A stretch of 64,000 nt of DNA. Source: Minisyncoccota bacterium (GTDB lineage Bacteria; Patescibacteriota; Minisyncoccia; Phycocordibacterales; DATDSR01). Shown piece after piece: positions 46,444-56,333 of this stretch. The number at the start of each line of letters is the position of its first letter. Positions within the stretch are counted from its first letter, which is position 1. The notes under the pieces are model-generated. The model made no database searches. It worked only from the letters and a program-made list of their open reading frames with translations, and was not told the origin of the DNA. Made by a program: the position numbers and the translations under genes. The stretch lies in the NCBI GenBank assembly GCA_036517655.1, contig DATDVE010000013.1, positions 28,364 through 92,363 on the forward strand. Reading direction: 5' to 3'.

Positions 46444-47688
46444 ATGATTTACAAGAAACGCATTCTAGTACTCGGTGGCGGTTATGGCGGCACTTACACC
46501 TTCAAACATCTCCACAAAAGTTTTAAGAATAATTCAGGTGTTGAGCTACGTTTAATTAGCAAGACTAATTATTTTGTCTCCACGCCCTTCTTGCACGAAG
46601 TGGCCACGGGCAACATTGACCCCGAGCATGTGGCCGAACCTCTGCGCAAGATTTTCCCCGGACCGGAAGAATTCCAGCTTGCCGATGTTAAAGCTATTTC
46701 GTTAAAAGATAAAAAAGTAGAAACAAATGAAGGAGTAATAGCTTACGATTATCTTATTATGGCTTTGGGCGCTGAGACTAATTATAGGAACACGCCAGGT
46801 GCGCGCGAACACACGCTTGCCCTCAAAACACTCGAAGATGCTATCAAACTCAAGAACCATTTTATCTCAACGTTTGATCAAGCTGCTAATCTGCATAACG
46901 AGGAAGAAATAAGAAAGAAATTGCGTTTTGTAGTGATTGGGGGCGGGGCAACGGGAGTAGAACTTGTTTCCGAAATGTCTGATTTCCTATACTCTTCGCT
47001 GGGGACGTATTACACCAAAAATTTCATAGCACATATTTCTATTATTTTAGTGCATGCAGGGGACGACCTACTTCCCAACTTTAGCCACAATATCAGGCTT
47101 GCCAGCAAAAAAGTATTGCGCAAAAAGAAAATAGAAATCAAATTCGGTCTGCAAGTGATCGAAGTGCGCCCCGGAGCTTTGGTGTTAAATAACGGCGAAG
47201 TGATAGAATCAGACACAATTATTTGGGCCGCTGGCGTAAGTCCCTCCAGTGTGTCAGTTACCCCGAGCGTAGAAAGAGAGAGGGGCAGAATAATTGTGAA
47301 TCAATTTTTCCAGATCCCATCTTATCCAGAGGTGTTTGTGCTCGGCGACCAGGCGGCTTTTAGGAATGTTGGTGATAGCGCGGCTCTACCCATGCTCGCT
47401 CAAGTGGCACACAAACAAGCTGACGCAGTGGCTCGCAATGTAGCGAGAATAGTAGAAGGCAAATTACCCATGCCATATACCTACAAGCACTTGGGCGACT
47501 TAGTAAGCTTGGGTGAGTGGGTGGCGGCGGGCGAACTATTTGGCATCAAGATATTTGGCCACGTGGCTTGGTTCTTCTGGCGCGGAGTCTACCTCTCTAA
47601 ACTCCTGTCTCCCACAAAAAAAGTGAAGGTTCTCCTAGATTGGCTCCTAAATCTTTTCGCCCCTCGCGACATCTCCGCCATCAACTAA
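46444..47688 (+). CDS. ndh: Type II NADH dehydrogenase (NDH-2)/FAD-dependent pyridine nucleotide-disulfide oxidoreductase
   Basis: Two Rossmann GxGxxG motifs (ILVLGGGYGG; VVIGGGATGVE). 414 aa. Confidence 0.75.
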   Translation: MIYKKRILVLGGGYGGTYTFKHLHKSFKNNSGVELRLISKTNYFVSTPFLHEVATGNIDPEHVAEPLRKIFPGPEEFQLADVKAISLKDKKVETNEGVIAYDYLIMALGAETNYRNTPGAREHTLALKTLEDAIKLKNHFISTFDQAANLHNEEEIRKKLRFVVIGGGATGVELVSEMSDFLYSSLGTYYTKNFIAHISIILVHAGDDLLPNFSHNIRLASKKVLRKKKIEIKFGLQVIEVRPGALVLNNGEVIESDTIIWAAGVSPSSVSVTPSVERERGRIIVNQFFQIPSYPEVFVLGDQAAFRNVGDSAALPMLAQVAHKQADAVARNVARIVEGKLPMPYTYKHLGDLVSLGEWVAAGELFGIKIFGHVAWFFWRGVYLSKLLSPTKKVKVLLDWLLNLFAPRDISAIN

Positions 47689-48417
47689 CTTGGAGGCCTT
47701 GCCTCCAAGTTATAAGGGTGATGATTAGATGTCTCCAATAGCAAAACTATCTAATTTTTTTGATTTTTTTACTTCTAACATGAGTTGCAAAGAATCTAAA
47801 GCAAATTTCCTGTAGTCATTCGTGTTCTTAAACTGGTCAAGTATGATTTTTTTCTCACAAATAGACAAGGTACTTTCTTTCATATATTCGTCCCAACTAC
47901 TTCGCACCAACTTAGAGGCCTTGCCTCCAAGTTGGTGAACTTCTGGGTTCAGGTTCACATAAGCACTACAGTGCAGCAGGTCGTCATTGCTGAGTATTCG
48001 TCTTGCTTTAAATTTTCCTTGGTACAAAGACCCAGATCGTTTATATCTATTATTTATGTAATAGGCAAAACCTCCAGATAGTCTTCCAAGGAACATACTG
48101 ATACCGTTTTCCACTAGTTGTTTCAATATCAGATGGAAATGATTCGGATTTAAGCAATACGCGACTATTTCCACGAGTTTTTTCTTGGGTCGTTTTTTAT
48201 CAGGTTTAGCAAAAGACTGTTCATAAATGCTACCTATTGGCTCAACAACGTTAAAAAGTATTAGGCTTTCCACAAACCGATTTGAATCTAAAGGATCTCG
48301 AGTGATATCGCACCCTTCAGCCCCGCGATTACAAATGTGGTAGTACTCATCGTGAGCGAAGGGCTCCTTTCGTGATGACATTGGTTTAATCTAACACTTG
48401 GAGGCAAGGCCTCCAAG
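47689..48417. mobile_element. IS200/IS605-like or REPtron-like element: Y1 (HUH) transposase flanked by inverted REP hairpins
   Basis: Hairpins CTTGGAGGC-CTT-GCCTCCAAG (47689-47709) and CTTGGAGGC-AAG-GCCTCCAAG (48397-48417) in opposite orientation. A third copy (47911-47931) lies inside the transposase ORF. Confidence 0.65.
47725..48381 (-). CDS. Y1 HUH transposase (IS200/IS605 TnpA or RAYT)
   Basis: YYHICNRG (~YHV.NRG), NPNHFHLIL (HUH motif), SLYQGKF (catalytic Tyr region). Confidence 0.7.
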   Translation of the reverse strand: MSSRKEPFAHDEYYHICNRGAEGCDITRDPLDSNRFVESLILFNVVEPIGSIYEQSFAKPDKKRPKKKLVEIVAYCLNPNHFHLILKQLVENGISMFLGRLSGGFAYYINNRYKRSGSLYQGKFKARRILSNDDLLHCSAYVNLNPEVHQLGGKASKLVRSSWDEYMKESTLSICEKKIILDQFKNTNDYRKFALDSLQLMLEVKKSKKLDSFAIGDI

Positions 48418-48476
48418 TGAGCTATGCACATGTTGTCCACAGCAACTTGCATGTCGCTAGATGATAAACTAACTGT

Positions 48477-49805
48477 ATGAAATGGAGGTTCTTGCTGCTC
48501 CTGCCACTACTCCTCTCGCCAATTTTTATCACCTCTGCTGTATCTGACTCTATCACTAAACTCGTATTCACGAGTGAACCTATCACAGTTGCTCCGAATG
48601 AACTTTCTTCGCAAATTACTGTACAACTTCAGAACAGTTTGGGCGCGAGCGAGGAGACTTCCGAGACAGTAGATGTTCTCTTCACAAGTTCATCCGCCAC
48701 CGGAGAATTCTTGAATAGTTCAGGTAGCACTGTGACCAAGACGATGTCCACGGGCACAGCCAACAAGAATTTCTATTATCGAGATTCAAGTGCCGGCACG
48801 CACACAATTACTATTATGGCCACTGGCCGGGTGAGCGGATTTAGCGTGAGCACAAGCCAGAGTATTGTGGTCGGGAACAACACAGGTAGCCAAGTCCAAG
48901 GAACGTCAACTTCGAACTCGGTAACCCCAGTCCAGATAGGCGGGTCCTCTGGCGGGGTCTGGGGCAGCGGCGAAGAAGAGACAGACGATTTCTCTGTGAG
49001 TATTGGCAAGAATCGGACCGGCTTGGTGGGCGTGCCAATCTATTTCACCGCCACTTTATCCCCGCGCTCTTACGAGGGCGAGGCGGAGATTATTTGGTCC
49101 TTTGGGGACGGCGTTGGTGCTCTCGGCGCCGCCTCTCACCATAGTTTCTTGTTTCCAGGCGACTATGTTGTTGTCGCCCGAGCTCGTGTGGGCAGCGAGT
49201 TTGCCACTGCAAGAATTATCGTCAGAGTTCAACCCCTGGGCGTCTCTATTAGTGAGGTTACGCCGGGCTCCGAAGGTTACATTCTTATTTCGAACAATTC
49301 TCCCACGGATGCACATCTGGGTAACTTCTCTCTCAATAAGAGTGCTCAAGTCTTCAGGTTGCCACAGGACTTCGTGATTATGCAGGGGGCAAGTTTGCGT
49401 CTGTCTGCGCTGGTGTCTGGCATTAATCCCAAAGGAGGCGATATGGTGGAGTTGCGTAACCCATCGGGCGAAGTTATGTCTACGTATATACTCGATGAGC
49501 CTCAAGTAGAACTCACAGACACTGCGAGTATTAGTGGCGAAGAGACGAATATAGATTTGCAAGAATTGCAGGTTTCGCTTGCGTTACTAGAGCAGACGGC
49601 CCTTGCAATGAAATCTGTCAGTAAGCAAGTTCCACTCACGATTTCTGCAAAACCCGCAGATCCTGTTGGCCAAGCCCGGGAAGTTGAAAAACTATTTGAG
49701 CCAAAGAGTGCTACCATTGTGATAGAGCGAAAACAGAATTTCTTCGCCAGATTCCTTGCTCTCCCAAGACTAATTATTGGTAACGTGGTCGAGGCCTTCA
49801 AATAA
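48477..49805 (+). CDS. Secreted protein with PKD domain
   Basis: Signal peptide. PKD signature VPIYFTATLSP...IIWSFGDGVGALGAASHHSFLFPGDYVVVARA. Confidence 0.6.
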   Translation: MKWRFLLLLPLLLSPIFITSAVSDSITKLVFTSEPITVAPNELSSQITVQLQNSLGASEETSETVDVLFTSSSATGEFLNSSGSTVTKTMSTGTANKNFYYRDSSAGTHTITIMATGRVSGFSVSTSQSIVVGNNTGSQVQGTSTSNSVTPVQIGGSSGGVWGSGEEETDDFSVSIGKNRTGLVGVPIYFTATLSPRSYEGEAEIIWSFGDGVGALGAASHHSFLFPGDYVVVARARVGSEFATARIIVRVQPLGVSISEVTPGSEGYILISNNSPTDAHLGNFSLNKSAQVFRLPQDFVIMQGASLRLSALVSGINPKGGDMVELRNPSGEVMSTYILDEPQVELTDTASISGEETNIDLQELQVSLALLEQTALAMKSVSKQVPLTISAKPADPVGQAREVEKLFEPKSATIVIERKQNFFARFLALPRLIIGNVVEAFK

Positions 49806-49909
49806 TTATGAAATATTTTGACGAAACTTTCTGGAAGATGGCCTTAGGCTTCCTGGGACTAATTATCCTCGGCGTTGTCTTTGTAGTTGCGGCCGGAGCC
49901 AGTTTCTGA

Positions 49910-50032
49910 TATACTTCTCTTGTTGCAAAGACGATAGGCATCCATAAGTCCTATCCAGCGGTCGATTGCGGCTTCAAGCTGCATTTTGCATTTAACCTAA
50001 AACCTAGTACCTATAACCTAATACCTAAGTTA
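49910..50032 (+). promoter_or_regulatory. rplJ leader with ACCTA-array motif (candidate L10(L12)4 autoregulatory leader)
   Basis: Long untranslated leader. AACCTAAAACCTAGTACCTATAACCTAATACCTAAG immediately upstream of the rplJ ATG. Confidence 0.35.
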
Positions 50033-50521
50033 ATGCCAAAGACACGAAAACAGAAAGAAGAGAACGTAGAATCTCTGACGCAGGCTCTCAAGAGCGCAAG
50101 TAATGTGACCTTCACCACTTTCAATAAACTGAAAGTCGTAGACGAACGAGCCTTACGCAAGAACTTGCGAGAATCTGGATCAAACTACACTGTAGCCAAG
50201 AAATCACTCTTAGCTCGAGCCCTCAAAGTTCTGGGTTTCGAGACGCCAGAATACGAAGGCCAGGTAGCCCTTGCTTATGGAGCTGATGCTGTGGCTCCGG
50301 CCAAGAGTGTTGCCGAGTTTGCAAAGAAACACGAAGGTGTAATGAGCATTCTGGGGGGCATCTTCGAAGGCAAACTAGTTGACGCTGTGAAGATGAAAGA
50401 GATTGCAGCAATCCCACCGCGGGAGACGCTACTTGCCATGCTTGCCAATGTTCTCAATTCGCCAATGCAACGCATAGCTATTGCTATTGATGCAGTAGCC
50501 AAGGAAAAAATGAAAAAATGA
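50033..50521 (+). CDS. rplJ: 50S ribosomal protein L10
   Basis: Typical L10 N-terminus and length, upstream of rplL. Confidence 0.88.
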   Translation: MPKTRKQKEENVESLTQALKSASNVTFTTFNKLKVVDERALRKNLRESGSNYTVAKKSLLARALKVLGFETPEYEGQVALAYGADAVAPAKSVAEFAKKHEGVMSILGGIFEGKLVDAVKMKEIAAIPPRETLLAMLANVLNSPMQRIAIAIDAVAKEKMKK

Positions 50522-50571
50522 GCAAATGTGCAATTTGCAAACAATGAATTAAATGAATTAATTACAAAAAC

Positions 50572-50931
50572 ATGGATGACATACTAAACAAAATAGAGAA
50601 AATGAGTGTGCTCGAGCTCAATGACTTGGTCAAGGCAATCGAGACTAAATTTGGAGTTAGTGCCCAAGCAATAGCAGCTCCCGCCGCCGCTGGAAGCTCC
50701 GGCGAGGTAATAGAGGAGAAAACAGCTTTCAACGTGCACTTAGCAAGCGCCGGTGCCAACAAGATTGCGATTATTAAAGTGATTAAAGAGGTCCTTAATT
50801 TGGGGCTTAAAGAAGCCAAAGACTTAGTTGATGCCGCGCCCTCTGTCGTCAAAGAAGGCATGAAGAAAGAAGAAGCCGAAACCTTGAAAGCGAAAATCGA
50901 AACCGCCGGGGGTAAGGTTGAGCTGAAATAG
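50572..50931 (+). CDS. rplL: 50S ribosomal protein L7/L12
   Basis: [14 protein letters not shown]...Ala-rich hinge...[24 protein letters not shown]...KAKIE.AG.KVELK. Confidence 0.92.
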   Translation: MDDILNKIEKMSVLELNDLVKAIETKFGVSAQAIAAPAAAGSSGEVIEEKTAFNVHLASAGANKIAIIKVIKEVLNLGLKEAKDLVDAAPSVVKEGMKKEEAETLKAKIETAGGKVELK

Positions 50932-50980
50932 CCTCCGTACGGAGGCTTAACCTTCGCGAAGGTTAAGCCTTCGGAAAGGA
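50931..50980 (+). terminator. Tandem hairpins after rplL
   Basis: GCCTCCGTACGGAGGC and CTTAACCTTCGCGAAGGTTAAG stems. Confidence 0.5.
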
Positions 50981-51047
50981 AGAGATATAGAGGGTCCCGT
51001 GGATAGACGCGCAAGCGTGCCATGGAGCTCTCTGCTATAATTCTCGC

Positions 51048-51614
51048 ATGTCTGCAAACGGGGTGCTTGATAAGCTTTTGGGAGGGCCCGCAAGAGTGCG
51101 TCTCTTGCGGCTTTTCCTTCTCAATCCGGATACCACTTTTGGGTCCAATGTTATAGGTAGCAAAACTAAGGTCAAGGGAGCTATACTCCGGCGCGAGCTG
51201 CTGGCTCTTCGGGCGATTGGTTATGTCAGGAAATCTGGCAAAGGGCTCAAGCTCTCACGCTCCTTCGAATTCCTATCGCCTATGCGCGAGCTCTTGCTTT
51301 CTACGGAGCCTTTCCGCGATGATGAGATTATAAACAGATTCAAGAAGGGTGGTTCTATTAAGTGCATCGTTGTCTCCGGACTCTTCACCCAGCAACCAGA
51401 GTCTAGGGTAGACATATTACTTGTAGGAGATAGGCTCAAACGCAAGAAGATTGAGCGTGCTCTCAAGGATATGGAGAGCGAGGTTGGCCACGAGCTCTCG
51501 TATGCCATCTTCGAAACGCAAGAATTTAAGTACAGATTAGAGGTTTACGACAAGTTTATCCGCGACATCTTCGATTATCCCCATAGGGTCCTTATTGACA
51601 AAGTAGGGCTCTAA
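51048..51614 (+). CDS. Hypothetical protein (N-terminal wHTH-like)
   Basis: Occupies the position normally taken by rpoB after rplL. No catalytic motif. Confidence 0.4.
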   Translation: MSANGVLDKLLGGPARVRLLRLFLLNPDTTFGSNVIGSKTKVKGAILRRELLALRAIGYVRKSGKGLKLSRSFEFLSPMRELLLSTEPFRDDEIINRFKKGGSIKCIVVSGLFTQQPESRVDILLVGDRLKRKKIERALKDMESEVGHELSYAIFETQEFKYRLEVYDKFIRDIFDYPHRVLIDKVGL

Positions 51615-51634
51615 AATCTTGTTATAATAATAGA

Positions 51635-54600
51635 ATGAAGAGGCTCTTACTTTTTTCGGCCTTTACTGTCTTTGCTGTTGCTCTATTTGCTGGCAGAGCT
51701 TATGCCTTGCCCACCGCTTATCTTGGCTATGAAGGCCAGCTCACCAACTCCTCCGATACAGCCCTGACGGGGAGTTACGATATTACCTTTAAGCTTTATT
51801 ATGTTTTGTCTGGAGGCACAGCTATCTGGACAGAGACCCACACTGATCTATCTGTCTCAAGCGGTTATTTTGCCGCCACTTTAGGTTCCACAACGCCCTT
51901 TTCGAATATAGATTTCCGCAACCCTCTTTACCTTGGTATCACTGTCGAGTCTGATTCGGAAATGTCACCCAGACAATTGATCCATTCAAGTGCCTATAGT
52001 CAAACTGCTTCTACCACGCTCTCTGTTTACGCCACTACCACCCAACCCACCAGCGCCTCGGGTGGTAGCGTCTACTACAACGCCACTGACGGCCGGGCCT
52101 TCATATACGACGCGGTCAATTCTGCCTGGCGACGTCTTGGCCTTTGGGCCACCACTACCACCGGTGCCGCATATTATAACGACGGTCGTGTTGGTGTGGG
52201 CACAACTTCTCCGGGTGCGACTTTCTCGGTGCAAGGTGACGAACTAATCTCTGGCACAAGTACCGTTGGCAACCTAGTCGCCACAAGTTCACTAAAAATT
52301 CTTGGCACAGCTACGTCAACCGGAGCGAACGGTTGGGATATAACGGGCGGCTGCTTCGCAATAAACGGCGTCTGTATCACCGGTAGTTCCGCCACTGACA
52401 TCACTTTCTCCACAACCTCAGCCGACTACTGGAAGACCGTTAACAATTTCTTTTCCACTACTTCGGCTGATTATAATTTTGAGATAGCTGTCTCTGCCAC
52501 AAGCTCCTTGCCCAAACTTTCCACTCTTGCAGGCCTTGTTACCCTCGGCTCAAGTACAGCAACCACCACTGCCCTAGGTCACTTCGGCATCACGTCTAAT
52601 TTCTTGGTCAGTGGTTTCAGTTCCCTAACCAAATTTGGCGCCACAAACGGCACAAGTACTACCTTCCAAACCTCCAATCTGGGTGTGGGTACTGATTACC
52701 TGACCGACATCACCGGTACTGGTCTCTCGATCGTGGGTGGAGTCCTCAACTGCGCCACCGCTTCTCCCCTTACAATTGGCTGCCTCTCTACCACCGACTG
52801 GACTCTATTCAACAACAAAGTCTCCTCCACTTCTATAGATACTTCTGCTGAACTTGCTGCACTTCTTACTGACGAATCCGGCAGTGGCGCTTTTATCCTT
52901 GATTCTTCGAACCTTCCTTCTAAATGGGCCACCTCGACCGGTTCGACTACTGCGATTATCCCAAGTGGCGGTGATTCTATCAGTTTGGGTATTGGCACAA
53001 GCACTCCCGGCTCACGCCTGTCAGTGGGTGGAGTTGCTAACTTCAGTGCAGCAACTTCGTCATTTTATTCTAGTGGCGGTATTGATCTTGCAGCCGGCTG
53101 CTTCGCTATAAACGGCACTTGCCTCACTGCCGGTGGTATCACGGCGAGTCAGATTGCGCAGAGCAAGTGGGCTACGTCGACTACAGACTCGAGTGCTATC
53201 TACTCTGCCGAAGCAACCAAAGTTGGTATTGGTACTAGCTCGCCATACGCTGCTCTCTCCGTAGTGGGCGCATCGGGCGTAGTGGCTGATCGCTACACGG
53301 CCACAAGCACGGCTACGTCGTCAGACTTCCAGGGTTTGTTTGCCACCTTTGCCACTACCACTTCACTCTTTAGTACCACTGCTTCAACTACCAATTTGTA
53401 TGCTGATACCGCAAGTCTTGCTTCATCTACAATATATTCTCTCAACCTGCTCGGTAGTGGCACAACTACAGCTTTCAACGGCATCAATCTCACTAATGGC
53501 TGTTTCTCGATCAGGGGGACTTGCGTGGGTGGGTCCTCATCATCTGGCGCCCCTTCTAATTCCAAGTGGTCAACTTCAACAGACAACGTTTCGATTTATG
53601 TTAATGCTGCGACTAACGTGGGTATTGGCACAAGTTCGCCATATACTACCCTTGCCGTCTCCGGTTCTGTCATTCTTGATTCAAATTCGATTACGTTCGC
53701 ATCAAGCTCTGCTACGTCGCTCACCATCAACTACGGTGTTTCCTCAACGTCAACTATTCCGGTAACTAAGTGGAACGCTTGGTCTATTGCAACCTCCACT
53801 ACAGCTCTCTCTATTTTTAGCATTGATACTATAGGTCCGTATGCAAGTTCAAGCTTCGCTGGTAACTTCGTAATTGACGGCGGCAGATTAAGTCATGATG
53901 CAAGCACTGGCGAAACCTCGATCGTTAACTTGAGCACCGGACCGCTTAACTTTGAAGACGGGGCTGGCTGGGTCTCGTGGACTAATATTGCCGCCACGAG
54001 CTCAGCCACGGCTGATAACGACGTACAGGCCTACACTGCCCAACTGGGGAGCAACGACGTGCTCACTATCTACGGCCAAGCTGATGGCCCGAGTAACGGC
54101 GCCATTGATACCTTGCGCACAATTATTGGCACCACCACGGCCACACTCATGAGTTCGACTAACATTCCCTATAACTCTCTTATAGTCTCAAACTCTGCCT
54201 TGTGCGTGGGCAATACTTCCGCTGGTAACTGCACGGAATTTGCCATGAAGCGTGGTCAGATTGTGGGTTGGGGTGGAGGCATCTTTATGGCAAGCTCCAC
54301 GGGCATAGTAGGTGTCGGTACCACTTCTCCATACGCCACACTTTCTGTGGTGGGAGCATCGGGTGTTGTGGCAGATAAATACTTTGCCACATCTACGCGC
54401 GCCACAAGCACCTTCATGGGTGGTGTAGAGATCGGCACAAGTACGGCACCCAAAAATTGGAAGCTTACAGTCCAGGGCGGCGTGTGCATCACGAGTGGTA
54501 ATACTTGTCCCGACGTTGAATCTCCCGGCGGCCTGACTGTTGATACGGCTGATGCAACACCGGACGCAGATGACATAGGCGAAGTCTTCGACGTGGCCGA

Positions 54601-55363
54601 GCGCTACCTAGCCAGCGAAGAAGTGAGCGCTGGCGAAATAGTAGCTCTTGATCTTGAGGCAGAAAAGAGCGCAACAGTTAAGCGAGCGACCGAGGGAGAT
54701 GTGCTGATAGGCGTAATGTCCACTGCACCCGCGATTGCTTTCAACGGTCCAAGCTTGACCCTCGGTCCTGACAGAGAAGCGACAAGCACTAAACCCCTAG
54801 TTGCCCTAGTTGGTCGCGTGCCGGTCAAAGTAAACGTTGAGGGCGGCGAAATCAGAAAAGGTGACAGGATATCAGCGAGCAGTGAACTTGGGATAGGAAA
54901 AAAAGCTTTGCCAAGCGAGCAATCTGTCGGCTTTGCTCTTGAGAACTGGCCAAACGTAGACGATCCAGAGGATGACACGGTGCTTGTGTATGTTAAGTTA
55001 TCAGATACCGATACTCACAGAAACTCAATTGAAACTAGTGGAAACTCGTTGTCGGGAGATAAGGGAAGTAGATTAGATATGTCCGGTTGGGGCATAAACA
55101 GCGAAGGCGAACTGGTAGTTAAGAGAATAAGGGCCAAAGAATTGTGCCTGGGTAGTACATGTATTACAGAATCTGATTTGAAAGAGATCCTGAATAACCG
55201 ATCAACTGAAACTGATGGAAGTTTATTGCCGGAACCAGAAGTAACTCCCGAACCAGAGCCGGAAGTAATTCCTGAACCGGAGCAAATTGAACCGATTGAG
55301 GAAGTCGCATCTCTGCCTGAACCCGAAGAACTCACCGAGACAGTAGAGCCAATAGTAGAATAG
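51635..55363 (+). CDS. Giant secreted surface/fibre-like protein with internal repeats and acidic C-terminal PEPE repeats
   Basis: Signal peptide. 1242 aa rich in S/T/A/G. Near-duplicate modules GIGTSSPYAALSVVGASGVVADRYTATST / GVGTTSPYATLSVVGASGVVADKYFATST. C-terminus PEPEVTPEPEPEVIPEPEQIEPIEE. Confidence 0.65.
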   Translation: MKRLLLFSAFTVFAVALFAGRAYALPTAYLGYEGQLTNSSDTALTGSYDITFKLYYVLSGGTAIWTETHTDLSVSSGYFAATLGSTTPFSNIDFRNPLYLGITVESDSEMSPRQLIHSSAYSQTASTTLSVYATTTQPTSASGGSVYYNATDGRAFIYDAVNSAWRRLGLWATTTTGAAYYNDGRVGVGTTSPGATFSVQGDELISGTSTVGNLVATSSLKILGTATSTGANGWDITGGCFAINGVCITGSSATDITFSTTSADYWKTVNNFFSTTSADYNFEIAVSATSSLPKLSTLAGLVTLGSSTATTTALGHFGITSNFLVSGFSSLTKFGATNGTSTTFQTSNLGVGTDYLTDITGTGLSIVGGVLNCATASPLTIGCLSTTDWTLFNNKVSSTSIDTSAELAALLTDESGSGAFILDSSNLPSKWATSTGSTTAIIPSGGDSISLGIGTSTPGSRLSVGGVANFSAATSSFYSSGGIDLAAGCFAINGTCLTAGGITASQIAQSKWATSTTDSSAIYSAEATKVGIGTSSPYAALSVVGASGVVADRYTATSTATSSDFQGLFATFATTTSLFSTTASTTNLYADTASLASSTIYSLNLLGSGTTTAFNGINLTNGCFSIRGTCVGGSSSSGAPSNSKWSTSTDNVSIYVNAATNVGIGTSSPYTTLAVSGSVILDSNSITFASSSATSLTINYGVSSTSTIPVTKWNAWSIATSTTALSIFSIDTIGPYASSSFAGNFVIDGGRLSHDASTGETSIVNLSTGPLNFEDGAGWVSWTNIAATSSATADNDVQAYTAQLGSNDVLTIYGQADGPSNGAIDTLRTIIGTTTATLMSSTNIPYNSLIVSNSALCVGNTSAGNCTEFAMKRGQIVGWGGGIFMASSTGIVGVGTTSPYATLSVVGASGVVADKYFATSTRATSTFMGGVEIGTSTAPKNWKLTVQGGVCITSGNTCPDVESPGGLTVDTADATPDADDIGEVFDVAERYLASEEVSAGEIVALDLEAEKSATVKRATEGDVLIGVMSTAPAIAFNGPSLTLGPDREATSTKPLVALVGRVPVKVNVEGGEIRKGDRISASSELGIGKKALPSEQSVGFALENWPNVDDPEDDTVLVYVKLSDTDTHRNSIETSGNSLSGDKGSRLDMSGWGINSEGELVVKRIRAKELCLGSTCITESDLKEILNNRSTETDGSLLPEPEVTPEPEPEVIPEPEQIEPIEEVASLPEPEELTETVEPIVE

Positions 55364-55397
55364 TCCTCAGAAGAATGATAAACAAAGTATTTAATAA

Positions 55398-55427
55398 TTC
55401 GATTTCCCCCTTGCGGGGGAAATCGAA
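55398..55427 (+). terminator. Strong hairpin (13-bp stem)
   Basis: TTCGATTTCCCCC-TTGC-GGGGGAAATCGAA. Confidence 0.55.
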
Positions 55428-55617
55428 ATTCAATATCACTCACACGCCCTTGTTGATTGACTGTCTAATCCTAAAGGATTTTGACCAAGGCTTTTGTGGT
55501 GTGAGTGTCTGCGTGGACTGTCACGAAACGTGGCGATCCCATTTCGGCATGAGCCCTTGGCAGAACGGTTCCTCAATGCCTATCGGACCTACAATCATGT
55601 CCGAATTGTATTGATAC

Positions 55618-56181
55618 ATGATATCAAACCCAAAACCGATGTCAAACCCAACAATCAAAGATAAAAAACCAATCAGGCTTAGGGGTAAGACCATTGTCTA
55701 CGTTGATTGGGCAAATGTTTATGGCTGGAGCAAATCGCTTAAGAAAGAAATAAGTTTAGAAAAGTTATTCGCTTATTTCAGGATTTACGATGGGGTCGAG
55801 GATATTCGTCTCTATTTTGGCGAGGATGTTAATCCTAAGTCAAAAAAGTTTTTGGTTGATGCCAGAAATATCGGATACACTGTTGTTAGTAAAGAAGTAA
55901 AATATATTGCCTCCGGCAAGATCGAAGGACAGGTGATACATAGAAGAAAATGCGATTTTGACATGGAAGTTAGTATTGACGTCCACAAGGCTTTGGCCGG
56001 AGGAGTTGAGGGCTTCGTCTTTTTGACCGGGGACGGTGACTTCGCGCCTCTCTACGAGATGTTAATTGCCTTACGTAAACAAGTGGTGGTGATATATACT
56101 AAAGGTCATATTGGGAGAGAAGTGTGGGCTATTAGTAAGGGCATTTTTAAGGCGCAATTAAAGAATATAGTGGATCTATAA
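55618..56181 (+). CDS. NYN-domain (LabA/YacP-like PIN-fold) ribonuclease
   Basis: GKTIVYVDWANVYG...FDMEVSIDV...FLTGDGDFAPL typical NYN signature. Confidence 0.7.
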   Translation: MISNPKPMSNPTIKDKKPIRLRGKTIVYVDWANVYGWSKSLKKEISLEKLFAYFRIYDGVEDIRLYFGEDVNPKSKKFLVDARNIGYTVVSKEVKYIASGKIEGQVIHRRKCDFDMEVSIDVHKALAGGVEGFVFLTGDGDFAPLYEMLIALRKQVVVIYTKGHIGREVWAISKGIFKAQLKNIVDL

Positions 56182-56189
56182 AAGATCAT

Positions 56190-56209
56190 CCCCCCGATTT
56201 CTCGGGGGG
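56190..56209 (+). terminator. GC hairpin after NYN gene
   Basis: CCCCCCGA-TTTC-TCGGGGGG. Confidence 0.45.
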
Positions 56210-56259
56210 CGTGATTAGATAAAGCATATCATTCCCAAAACCCATGTCAAGCCCTAAAA

Positions 56260-56333
56260 ACACAGAAATATCAGGATACTACGATATCAAGATATTGAGA
56301 TACTAATAAAAACTGCGATACTTAGATACTATG
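56260..56333. repeat. Left arm of about 75-nt GATACT-rich inverted repeat flanking the four-helix-bundle gene
   Basis: GATACTACGATATCAAGATATTGAGATACTAATAAAAACTGCGATACTTAGATACT pairs with the reverse complement of 56721-56815. Confidence 0.6.

Noticed and set aside
55375-55614. 79-aa ORF in the intergenic region before the NYN gene
   Set aside because: No SD. Cys/His-poor random-looking sequence. The region is better explained as structured non-coding DNA.
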